Shown piece by piece: positions 53,570-61,160 of a stretch of 64,000 bases of DNA. The translations under genes and the position numbers were made by a program. Source of the stretch: Octopus vulgaris (lineage: Eukaryota). The notes under the pieces were generated by a model that worked only from the letters and a program-made list of their open reading frames with translations, searched no databases and was not told where the DNA came from. The stretch covers positions 36,456,001 through 36,520,000 of the forward strand of contig OX597839.1 in NCBI GenBank assembly GCA_951406725.2, read 5' to 3'. Positions within the stretch are counted from its first letter, which is position 1. Each line of letters begins with the position of its first letter.

Positions 53570-54699
53570 TTCATCACAACAGTACACCATACCTTACATC
53601 TATAACACACACACACACACTTGCCTGACCACTTTATGCCACCTCCATATCTCCCACTGTCACCCCTACAGTAACCAAAGAAACGTGACAAGAAATATCT
53701 TGGTCATAATTACATTCAGATATTTTATATACATTATACACAATATAAACTCACACACATACATTTTATTTGTTTTAGTCATTTGACTGCAGTCATGTTG
53801 GAACAATGTCTGTTTAAACAAATCGATCCCAGGACTTGTAAGCCCAGTACTGATTCTATTGGTCTGTTTTGCTGAACCACTAAGTTACAGGGACGTAAAC
53901 ACAGACACACAAATACATAGATATACAGGGTGACCCAAAAGTCACAGCAGGAAATGTATCAGGACATGAAATGTAAAAGCCGGACTAGACTTACTTTATG
54001 CGCAACTCCATTGTCTCCCGAGACAAAAAGGATGCCAACAACAGGGTGACCCAAAAGTCACTGATGGGTTTTAATTTTTAATAACTTCCTTAACTTTACA
54101 AATAAATGCATGAAATTTTGATACAATATAAAGGACATAATGGAAATAAATATGTATGAGTCAAATTTTGCATCACCACTACATCACATATGAAAAATGA
54201 CATTGCTTAAATGGCAGCCATTTTCGGCTTCACATACCCATGCTCTTTCCAAAACATGTACCATAACACCCTCAAGAGTTTCAGACCCCGCTTCTCTGAT
54301 TTCTCTATTGATGTTCTCCTTCAGTTGCACCAGGGTCTCCGGTTTGTTGACATAAACCCTCTCTTTCAGGTATACCCACAAGAAAAAAAATCTGGTCTTG
54401 TCAAGTCTGGGGAATGTGAAGGCCAGTTGACATTGCTGTAGCGGGAGATTATTCTCTCTCCAAAGCAGTGTTGTAACAACTGCATTGTTTCACTTGACTC
54501 ATACATATTTATTTCCATTATGTCCTTTGTATTGTGTCAAAATTTCACGCATTTATTTGTAAAGTTAAGGAAGTTATTAAAAACTAAAACCCATCAGTGA
54601 CTTTTGGGACACCATATATATATATATATATATATGATTTTGATTTTTTGGATTTTTCCAGTTTCAGCTAATGAGCTGTGGCCATGCTGGGGCACCGCC

Positions 54700-54754
<55 letters not shown>

Positions 54755-54932
54755 AACACACAAATACACGATGGGCTTCTTTCAGTTTACATCTGCCAAA
54801 TCCATTCATAAGGCTTTGGTTGGCCCGAGGCTAGACACTTGCACCAGGTGCCACGCAGTGAGTCTGAACCCAGAACCATGTGGTTAGGAAGGAAGCATCT
54901 TATCACACAGCCACTCCTGCACCTGTATATAC

Positions 54933-54975
<43 letters not shown>

Positions 54976-57559
54976 CACACCTACGTACATACATACAAAC
55001 ACATAAATTCATGGTTATTTTCACAATGCATTTATTATAGATCCAGTTCAGCTAATTTTTTTCAATCAATTTCACACACAAAGAAGGAAGAGAAAGAGTT
55101 CCCACCAACCCTTCAGGTCAGCATGAGGACTGCCTCCCCACTCCCATCCAAACTCCCACATGCAAAACCAATTGGTAGAATCGACTGAAAGGGATCTATA
55201 ATATTGTATTGTATAAATATTAATATACACACTTCTTTGAAAGATATACAAGTCTATGCCTTGTATATGCCCAGTTACGCACTGGGGGCGATATAATCGA
55301 CTTAATCCGTTTGTCTGTCCTTGTTTGTCCCCCTCTGTGTTTAGCCCCTTGTGGCCAGTAAAGAAATAATATATATATATATATATACTCACACATTCTA
55401 GTGCTGAGATTACTCTGACTACTCAGAGTTTTGCAAATGTTTACTGAACAGCAAGAGTTACTTTGTAAAACTGACGAGTAACAGTGTCCTCTCAGCGTGT
55501 GTGTGTGTTGCTCCTACTACTGCAGTCAGCTTTTTTCTTCTTTATAATCTCAAATATACACACACACATACATATATATATATATACACACATATCATTC
55601 ACACATACATAACATGTCCCTGTGTATATGTATAAACAAGTATATAACAAGTGTGTGTATGTATACACACACACACACACACACACACAGGTACACAACA
55701 GAGCTCCTGGCAGTTTTGACAGTGTCCCGCATTGTTGCATCACCAGAGCTGAATCTCTTTCCCACTCCCCATAGCATACCACTGGTATGGTGGTGGTTCA
55801 GATGTTTGCAGAGATAGGACACAATTAACATAAAGTAGTGAAGGAGAGAAGGAAGGTATTTCAATGAAATCATAATGTCCACGTTGCCCGGCAACCAAGC
55901 TACCACTCAAAGACCTTCGTTTTATGACTATTATTCAAGCATTCCACATATATTATACATTATATAATACAACCTTCCTTTATATAAGATGCTAAAGCAT
56001 AATTGATCGTAGGTGGTTGTGTATTTATTGACAGGTCAGCCCCAACGATCCCAGGTTTTCTTTTTCAAGTATAATGGATCAAGAACTTAACACAGGCACA
56101 GACATGGTTGTGTGGTTAAATTTACTTCTCAACCATGAGGTTTCAAGTTCAGTCCCACTGTTTGGCACCTTGGGCAAGTGTTTTCTACTACAGCTTCAGA
56201 CTGACCAAAGCCCTGTGAGTGGACGTCGCTCATCTTTTCCGCATCTCCTAGCATAAAGAGGATCCACCCCTCAGGGTCTCTAGTTTTGCAAGATGCATAG
56301 CAGCCTTGCTAGTGGAGGTGGCACAAGAAAATAAAAAAAAAAAGCACCTAGTACATGGTGCAGAATGGTTGGTCATTAGGAAGGGTGTCCAGCCAAAGCA
56401 GACACTGGAGCATAATGTGGTCCTTGGAGCAACTGAATCCTACCAAACCGTCTAGCACTTGCCAGCATGAAATGATGGGCATGAGATATGTGTGTGTGTG
56501 TGTGTGTGCATATGTGCCCTTGTGTTGACATCACATACTGGTTGTAAACAAGCATCACTGTTACACACACACATATACACAAAATGCATGAGAGTGTCAG
56601 CATCATGCAAAGTGATGCCATTTGTTTCCACCCCTCTGTGAAAAACATAACAAGTCATGAGGAAATATGGAAATATTATCTTGCTTTGTTTGGTGACAGG
56701 AAGGGCAGCTAGCCATAGAGAATCTACCTCAACAAATCTCACCTGACCCATGCAAGCATGGAAAAGTGGCTGTATGGTAAGTAGCTTGCTAACCAACCAC
56801 ATGGTTCCGGGTTCAGTCCCACTGCGTGGCATCTTGGGCAAGTGTCTTCTGCTATAGCCCCGGGCCGACCAATGCCTTGTGAGTGGATTTGGTAGACGGA
56901 AACTGAAAGAAGCCTGTCGTATATATGTATATATATGTAAGTGTGTGTGTATATGTTTGTGTGTCTGTGTTTGTCCCCCTAGCATTGCTTGACAACCGAT
57001 GCTGGTGTGTTTACGTCCCCGTCACTTAGCGGTTCGGCGAAAGAGACCGATAGAATAAGTAATGGGCTTACAAAGAATAAGTCCCGGGGTCGATTTGCTC
57101 GACTAAAGGCGGTGTTCCAGCATGGCCGCAGTCAAATGACTGAAACAAGTAAAAGAGTAAAAAAGAGAGAGAGTCAAGATGATGACAATGATGATCCTTC
57201 CTTCTTTAAATCAGCAGGGTATGATTTGAAACAGATTTGGCTGCTGTTTCTAGCAGGTTGTGAGAGTCCACAGAGGCTCTTTTGTTGGGTGGATATAAAC
57301 TCACTGTAGACAGCTAAATTATTGACGTACAGCCCAACTGTTTTAATGACATATTCGGAGAGGGGTAGAATCTATGATTAGCCTTCTAATTATTTTTTTC
57401 AGGGATTTGGTAACTGATAGGAAGAAAGAAGGGACATGTTCCCAGGTTGGAGACCTGGCCTGACTGATTTACTAAAAAATAATTAGTTTGACTTACTTTC
57501 TTCGTTCTGGAGACGATATGCTAAGACTCCATCTTCATGTTCAGACCACTTCTGACAAA
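1753..57559 (-). CDS. CCDC50: CCDC50/Ymer-like coiled-coil, multi-MIU ubiquitin-binding protein (spliced, 5'-incomplete, 12 exons, about 650 aa)
   Basis: Exons in transcript order: 57497-57559, 36884-37022, 33576-33669, 32018-32171, 31041-31107, 30355-30466, 29496-29531, 25848-26009, 20649-21340, 10289-10470, 5432-5533, 1753-1907. All introns are GT-AG and phases join with no stop (1958 nt). The N-terminal part [50 protein letters not shown] resembles, from recall, the CCDC50 N-terminal domain ([49 protein letters not shown]). Confidence 0.88.
2033..2190 (-). mobile_element. 3' end of a retroposon with a (GAT)n tail and an inverted duplication
   Basis: catcatcatcgtttaacgtccg... recurs at 41100 and 59650; arms 2082-2123 and 2149-2190 are inverted. 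Confidence 0.7.
2725..3105 (+). mobile_element. Possible decayed non-autonomous RTE-type retroposon
   Basis: GC-richer island whose ends resemble RTE 5' UTR and 3' terminus (gttgtcaatggcctctgctcc); recognised from memory only. Confidence 0.3.
4753..4947. mobile_element. (TA)n-embedded fold-back element, short member of the 8263 family
   Basis: 21-bp inverted arms 4753-4773 and 4828-4848, followed by a tail nearly identical to 8506-8583. Confidence 0.75.
5432..5533 (-). CDS. CCDC50: CCDC50-like exon, 102 nt, symmetric phase 1/1: (D)[33 protein letters not shown]
   Basis: Acceptor ccaatcag and donor gtattc are weaker sites; open in the required frame; could be a skippable cassette. Confidence 0.65.
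6160..6350 (+). mobile_element. CR1-type LINE 3' tail fragment
   Basis: Homologous to 24985-25175 (gtgcacctgagcactgta followed by an (ATT)n tail). Confidence 0.6.
7604..7838. mobile_element. hAT/Charlie-type MITE
   Basis: Ends catgattctcaac and gttgagaaccattg; a homologous copy is at 19361-19568. Confidence 0.6.
8263..8583. mobile_element. (TA)n-embedded asymmetric fold-back element
   Basis: Inverted arms of about 100 bp (8263-8360 versus 8394-8500), an unpaired tail of about 80 bp, and TA tracts on both sides. Confidence 0.8.
8605..8770. repeat. Imperfect fold-back element
   Basis: gaagaagtttttgtataatgtgt is inverted relative to acacattatacaaagacttcttc. Confidence 0.65.
9050..9290. repeat. 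Degenerate minisatellite, about 28-bp unit
   Basis: Repeated variants of gattatgatggtggtctgttatgatcta. Confidence 0.7.
10289..10470 (-). CDS. CCDC50: CCDC50-like exon, 182 nt: [37 protein letters not shown]...LPLHA
   Basis: Acceptor (tc)n-ag and donor gtgagt; phase 2 to 1. Confidence 0.82.
10588..10830. repeat. Minisatellite, about 22-25-bp unit
   Basis: Repeated variants of gctgcttgcgttacacacacatc. Confidence 0.85.
11140..11335. repeat. Minisatellite, about 20-22-bp unit
   Basis: Repeated tgtgtacagtatcatca(a/c)aa. Confidence 0.75.
13397..13567. mobile_element. hAT-type MITE
   Basis: Termini cagtgctcctcaacc and ggttgtggagcacta; 8-bp flanking duplication atttagat/atttagaa. Confidence 0.7.
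15119..15512 (+). mobile_element. Full-length tRNA-headed SINE, family A (about 390 bp; octopus OR-type)
   Basis: A box GTGGCTGTGTGGTAAG, B box GGTTCAGTCCC, internal TA/TG tract, tail GACTGAAACAAGTAAAAGAG; many near-identical copies in the window. Confidence 0.85.
16321..16790. repeat. 28-bp minisatellite (CTTAGATGYRTGTTGGTACCACAGTCTA), about 16 units
   Basis: Head-to-tail units with no spacers; homogeneous core and decayed edges. Confidence 0.95.
18905..19290 (-). mobile_element. SINE family B dimer
   Basis: Two B bodies joined at GAAATAG|GTATTTC (19060-19073). Confidence 0.8.
19361..19568. mobile_element. hAT/Charlie-type MITE
   Basis: Ends cagtggttcttgac and gttgaaaagcattg; homologous to 7604-7838. 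Confidence 0.6.
19930..20605. repeat. Long GA-rich (purine) low-complexity tract
   Basis: Base composition; similar tracts at 34520-34930, 48120-48530 and 60420-60920. Confidence 0.85.
20649..21340 (-). CDS. CCDC50: CCDC50-like large exon, 692 nt, Ser/His/Pro-rich and probably disordered (INGHRNRPQ...HDPSSL)
   Basis: N-terminal half of ORF 20069..21346; acceptor ctaattgcag and donor gtatgt; phase 0 to 2. Confidence 0.82.
21952..22173. mobile_element. piggyBac-type MITE
   Basis: TTAA|CCCTTTAG...CTAAAGGG|TTAA; an opposite-orientation copy is at 39532-39754. Confidence 0.85.
22321..22540. mobile_element. Older piggyBac-type MITE of the same family
   Basis: CCCTTTAGCATT...AATGCTAAAGGG with decayed TTAA sites; colinear with 21952-22173. 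Confidence 0.75.
22808..23040 (-). mobile_element. Full-length SINE family B (tRNA-like head, Meta-SINE-like central domain)
   Basis: Central GTCGACTTTGCCTTTCATCCTTTC...AAATTAAG; 14-bp target duplication actaaatagatatt at 22794-22807 and 23045-23058. Confidence 0.85.
23597..23820. mobile_element. piggyBac-type MITE, second family, adjoining a decayed SINE A head
   Basis: TTAA|CCCTTTTG...CAAAAGGG|TTAA. Confidence 0.8.
24040..24243. repeat. Compound repeat: ttttaaggaca plus (TA)n units
   Basis: Five or more units visible directly. Confidence 0.9.
24690..25175 (+). mobile_element. CR1-clade LINE 3' remnant
   Basis: Plus frame [21 protein letters not shown] resembles the CR1 ORF2 C-terminus (WNxLPxxVVxxxSxxxFK); ends in an (ATT)n tail. 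The 5' boundary is approximate. Confidence 0.6.
25848..26009 (-). CDS. CCDC50: CCDC50-like exon, 162 nt: [54 protein letters not shown]
   Basis: Acceptor ttttcgcag and donor gtaaat; phase 0/0. Confidence 0.88.
26640..27063 (+). mobile_element. RTE-clade (Expander/Rex3-like) LINE 3' remnant
   Basis: ORF 26684..26908, AEMGFLQRI...[11 protein letters not shown]...[10 protein letters not shown], matches the RTE post-RT motifs; ends in an (ATGG)n tail. Confidence 0.8.
28985..29244 (+). mobile_element. tRNA-headed CORE-like SINE, family D
   Basis: A and B boxes, a CORE-like block (CACTTCATTTCACGTTGCTCCAGTCCACTCAGCTG), a 3' block GATGGACTGGCGTCCCGTCCAG shared with family C, and a poly-A tail. Relatives at 13678-13915 and 62690-62838. 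Confidence 0.75.
29496..29531 (-). CDS. CCDC50: CCDC50-like micro-exon, 36 nt: [12 protein letters not shown]
   Basis: Acceptor tttcttcag and donor gtatgt; completes the MIU-like motif QDE|[10 protein letters not shown]. Confidence 0.85.
30355..30466 (-). CDS. CCDC50: CCDC50-like exon, 112 nt: [37 protein letters not shown]
   Basis: Acceptor ccttctccag and donor gtacgt; phase 2 to 0. Confidence 0.88.
31041..31107 (-). CDS. CCDC50: CCDC50-like exon, 67 nt: (D)[21 protein letters not shown](K)
   Basis: Acceptor tttttccag and donor gtaagt; phase 1 to 2, which is needed to bridge the neighbouring exons. Confidence 0.85.
31295..31572 (-). mobile_element. SINE family C
   Basis: Head GGAGGCACAATGGCCCAGTGGTTAG...GGTTTCGATTCC; homologous to 412-707. 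Confidence 0.8.
32018..32171 (-). CDS. CCDC50: CCDC50-like exon, 154 nt: [51 protein letters not shown]
   Basis: Acceptor ctaattag and donor gtaagt; charged coiled-coil sequence; phase 0 to 1. Confidence 0.9.
33576..33669 (-). CDS. CCDC50: CCDC50-like exon, 94 nt: [31 protein letters not shown]
   Basis: Acceptor tctgtag and donor gtgagt; phase 2 to 0. Confidence 0.9.
33750..33925. repeat. 36-bp minisatellite, about 4.5 units
   Basis: Unit cacacacctacacatttatacacacctacattctcc. Confidence 0.9.
33956..34265. mobile_element. hAT-type MITE
   Basis: Termini cagtccttctcaacc and ggttgagaacccctg; imperfect 8-bp flanks ctcttcat/ctctatat. Confidence 0.65.
36125..36340 (+). mobile_element. SINE family B
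   Basis: 18-bp target duplication gatatggtactatagtcc at 36088-36105 and 36341-36358. Confidence 0.85.
36884..37022 (-). CDS. CCDC50: CCDC50-like exon, 139 nt: (I)[45 protein letters not shown](R)
   Basis: Acceptor (tc)n-ttccag and donor gtttgt; phase 1 to 2; lies within ORF 36841..37089. Confidence 0.9.
37218..37830 (+). mobile_element. Three tandem SINE B bodies with duplicated flank
   Basis: Units at about 37218-37380, 37381-37546 and 37615-37757; a flank of about 65 bp repeats at 37545-37610 and 37756-37830. Confidence 0.85.
38123..38736 (+). mobile_element. SINE A with an antisense SINE B (38315-38506) nested in its TA tract
   Basis: A head 38123-38300, then B on the minus strand, then the A body resumes near 38515. 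Confidence 0.88.
39532..39754. mobile_element. piggyBac-type MITE
   Basis: TTAA-flanked with CCCTTT...AAAGGG ends; reverse-orientation copy of 21952-22173. Confidence 0.85.
41764..41996 (-). mobile_element. SINE family B
   Basis: 11-bp target duplication tgggacatcat at 41753-41763 and 41997-42007. Confidence 0.85.
42681..43054. mobile_element. (TA)n-embedded element with a perfect 49-bp inverted repeat
   Basis: 42854-42902 is the exact reverse complement of 43006-43054; TA tracts lie at both ends. Confidence 0.75.
43292..43684. mobile_element. Inverted pair of repeats (about 185 bp each), each with a hammerhead-like motif; possibly Penelope-derived
   Basis: 43292-43472 and 43497-43684 are diverged reverse complements around a TATC/TA tract. 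Confidence 0.6.
46184..46574 (-). mobile_element. SINE family A
   Basis: Reverse complement of 15119-15512. Confidence 0.85.
50132..50720 (-). mobile_element. SINE B interrupted by a SINE A (about 50194-50559)
   Basis: 17-bp target duplication aatgcccctctattctt at 50115-50131 and 50721-50737 brackets the whole composite. Confidence 0.88.
51286..51512 (-). mobile_element. SINE family B
   Basis: 9-bp target duplication ccacttctt. Confidence 0.85.
51591..51952. mobile_element. Two 5'-truncated SINE A pieces fused in inverted orientation
   Basis: A minus-strand tail (51591-51685) joins a plus-strand body (51683-51952) at tttg. Confidence 0.75.
52540..52742. repeat. 20-bp minisatellite (GTGAGTGTGGGTGTAGCGCR), about 8-10 units
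   Basis: Visible directly. Confidence 0.95.
53149..53536 (+). mobile_element. SINE family A
   Basis: Full-length copy between TA tracts. Confidence 0.85.
53926..54614 (-). mobile_element. Internally deleted Tc1/mariner-superfamily transposon
   Basis: Inverted repeats of about 120 bp (54042-54164 and 54494-54612). Minus-strand peptide [32 protein letters not shown] carries the WPxxSPDL...FFLWGYLK motif. An extra TA|CAGGGTGACCCAAAAGTCAC end lies at 53926. Confidence 0.85.
56766..57162 (+). mobile_element. SINE family A, inserted at the tail of an older related element
   Basis: Near-identical to 53149-53536. Confidence 0.85.
57497..57559 (-). CDS. CCDC50: CCDC50-like exon, 63 nt, phase 1/1: (V)[20 protein letters not shown]
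   Basis: Acceptor tattgcag and donor gtaagt; encodes the conserved EDxxLAxxLQxEE motif. Confidence 0.9.
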
Positions 57560-57575
57560 CTGCAATAGTAATAAA

Positions 57576-57610
<35 letters not shown>

Positions 57611-58588
57611 TAACAACAACAATATTGGTTTCAAATTTTGGCACAAGGCCAGCAATTTCTGGGAGGGATAAGTCGACTACATCGACCCCAGTGCTCAGCT
57701 GGTACTTATTTCATCAACCCTAAAAGGATGGAAGGTAAAGTTGACCTTGGCAGAATTTGAACTTAGTGGTTCGGCAAAAGAGACCGATAGAACAAGTACT
57801 GGGCTAACAAAGAATAAGTCCTGGGGGTCGATTTGTTTGACTAAAGGCGGTGCTCCAGCATGGCCGCAGTCAAATGACTAATAATGATGATAACAATAAC
57901 AACAACAATATTGGTTTCAAATTTTGGCACAAGGCCAGCAATTTCTGGGAGGGATAAGTCGACTACATCGACTCCAGTGCTCAGCTGGTACTTATTTCAT
58001 CAACCCCAAAAGGATAGAAGGTAAAGTTGAACTTGGCAGAATTTGAACTCTGATATATGAAATACTGATATGTATTTTGTCTGTCTTACTAATAATTCTG
58101 CCAGCTAACTACCTTAACGATATAATGGTTTCCTATTTGATAATAGTCCTTTCTATTATAGACACAAGGTCAGAAAATGGGAGAAGGGGATAGTTGATAA
58201 CATCGGCCCTAGTGTTTTACTGGTACTTAATTTATCGACCTCAGCAGATTTGAACTCAGAACATAAAGATGGGAGAAAACCGCTAAGCATTTCGCCCGGC
58301 ATGCTAACGATTCTGCCAGCTTGGCACTTTTCCTATTTAATGATAATAATTACAATAACAATAATTGCAATAAGGATTACTTTTATTTGCAACAGGGGAA
58401 TCATATGAAGGGTCATTACAAGGACAGCTTACAATTTGTGTGGGAGGTTACATAAGAGATGAGGAGAAAGAAAGAGAAAGTAAAATGGGATAAGAGAATA
58501 CATAATACACAAAATACATGAATACATTTATGATAAAGAATAGGGTCACCAGTCGAGAAATGCCTGGTCTTGGACATGGGTATAATAC

Positions 58589-58820
58589 CTATTTCCTTAT
58601 TACCCACAAGGGGGCTAAACACAGAGGGGACAAACAAGGACAGACATAGGTATTAAGTCGATTACATCGATCCTCAGTGCGCAACTGGTACTTAATTTAT
58701 CGACCCCGAAAGGATGAAAGGCAAAGTCGACCTCGGCGGAATTTGAACTCAGAACGCAGCGGCGGACGAAATACCACAAAGCATTTCGCGCGGCGTGCTA
58801 ACGTTTCTGCCAGCTCGCCT
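58589..58820 (-). mobile_element. SINE family B
   Basis: 15-bp target duplication acatgggtataatac at 58574-58588 and 58828-58842. Confidence 0.85.
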
Positions 58821-59387
58821 CGGCATCACATGGGTATAATACTGTCGTCTTGAGGCAGTGCTTAATGAAAAGGACAACTACATCACCACCATGCCAACAA
58901 CTCCACCTTAACGACAGCTATGTCATCAATTACATAAACACCACTATCACAACACCCCACAACTACTGCAACAACACCCTTATCAACACCACCACCACCA
59001 CCACCACCACTACCACCACCTTAACCACAGCTAAGTCATCAACTGCAATATTAACCACAACGCTAATCACACAATCTCAATTATTAACATTATTTACAAT
59101 CTGACTTGCAGTTAGTATAGAAACTTAGAGGTTACTGCTTCCTCCCTGACCCACCCCCACCTAACAATGATGACACATAATTACAGCATTAATTAATGGA
59201 TTGGTTTAATAAACAGATTAGAGTTATAGACTAAAGGTAACAGGATAGAATAAAATCAACACACACCCACTACATAAATATAAATAGGTTGAGTGTTATG
59301 GCCAGTCAGAGTGACCATTGGTTTTTGCACCTGCAAAGCTCTTATCTGTATAGGTAAGTTGTCTGGCAATGTATGTGCGTGTGAGTA

Positions 59388-59638
59388 TTAGGTTGGTGCA
59401 TAATTATTGCAGTTTTTTTTTTTTCCAACAAATTTTATTCAACAAGAACAATAACAACATGTAACAAAAACATCTTTAAATGATTATTCTGGAGCGTATT
59501 CACCATCTACTTCAATTACTGCTTCCCATTTGCTTGGCAGACGATCAGACTGTGATTTAAAGATGTTTCTGTTAAAAATCGTTATTGTTTTTGTTGAATA
59601 AAATTTGTTGAAAAAACGCTGCAATAATTATGCACCAA
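59388..59638 (-). mobile_element. Mariner-derived MITE
   Basis: TA|TTAGGTTGGTGCATAATTATTGC terminus with inverted arms of about 90 bp; internal minus-strand DRLPSKWEAVIEVDGEYAPE* resembles the mariner transposase C-terminus. Confidence 0.8.
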
Positions 59639-59782
59639 AACATTATAAATCATCATCATCATCATCGTTTAACGTCCGTTCTCCATGCTAGCATGGGTTG
59701 GACGGTTCGACCGGGGTTCTGGGAAGCCAGAAGGCTGCACCAGGCTCCAGTCTAATCCAGTCTAATATATATATATATATAT

Positions 59783-60083
59783 ATATATTAGAAGAAATAA
59801 GGTACTCAGAAAATCAGATGGTTTATATTTACAGATATTTATTTGTATATTACATTTTTTTATATATCATATAACTTAGATCATGTATTAGCGCTTTCTC
59901 CCAGTCTAGTGTGACTGGAAGGCAAGTTTGCTTTGAAAACCCCACTAGAATGGGAGAAAGCTATATGATATATAAAAACATGTTATATACAAATAAATAT
60001 CTGTAAATATAAAACTATCCGATTTTCTGAGTACCTCATTTCTTCTAATATATAATACCTGTACATCATCTCCAAACTTTCCA

Positions 60084-60084
<1 letters not shown>
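59783..60084. mobile_element. (TA)n-embedded asymmetric fold-back element, different family
   Basis: Inverted arms 59783-59910 versus 59943-60054, then an unpaired tail of about 30 nt before the TA tract. Confidence 0.78.
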
Positions 60085-60118
<34 letters not shown>

Positions 60119-61160
60119 ACTACAGGTATATCAAAACCCATGTATTATGTAGTGTGGTATTTGATATACCTGTTTTGTGCCTGTTTATATACATGCCACC
60201 AGCCACTCCAAGTTATTTTCATTTTTGTTTAAATTGAATGTGTTTGTGTGCATACACACATACATACATACATATGCATGCATACATACATACATAGACA
60301 TACATACATAGACATACACAAAGAAATGGGTAAGGAAGAGAGTAAAAAAGACAATATCATTAGAACTGTCTATAATGTCCGAAAGTAGACCAAACTAAGA
60401 TTATGTAACAAAGTGTTTAGTCTTGGGAGAGTGAAAGGAAAGTTGAGAGGAGAGACGCGGGTGGGGGAGACTGGAGATGAAAGGAAAGGAAGAGAGAGAG
60501 AGAGGGATAGGAAAGAGATAGAGATGAGATGAGAAAAAGACAAAGAGCTGAAAGGAGGAGACAGGAGACGGGTGGGTGGGGTGGAGGAACCAGGAAGAGT
60601 GGTAGAGGGAGCCGGGGGGGGGAGGAACCAGGAAGAGCAGAGAAGGGAGTCAGAGAGGCAGATAAAAAGAGTTGGGGGGAAGTAGAGAGATCGTCGTCGG
60701 AGGGAGCCGAGCGGGGGGTGGGTGGGTGGAGGGGGAGAAGCTAGGGAGGGAGCGGTGGAGGTGGACGGAAGCACAAAGGAGACGGGCGGTGGGTGCGGGA
60801 GTGGGGTGGGGGGTGGGGGAAGAAACTAGAACCGTGGAAACGGGGGGCGGGGGTAGGGAGGAGGTGAACCCAAGACAAACAAGAGTGGCGGTAGTGGTGG
60901 TGGGGGGGAGACAGGGTACATGAAAAAGGAGCCGCAGGACGGCGGCGGCGGCAGAGGCAGCAGTCAATATGGTAAACCTGTGTTTTGTTGTATTAAATAA
61001 TGAAATAGTCAACAAAAGAAGCCTTGTTCTAATCGGGTCAAGTTGTTCTGACTAACCCCACCCCCACCCCACCACCACTCAGACATTTTGTTAAAGCTCC
61101 ACCCCACCTCCTCCTCCTCCTCTGATAATTTCTTATTACTGTCTTTTCCATTTTGACGAA

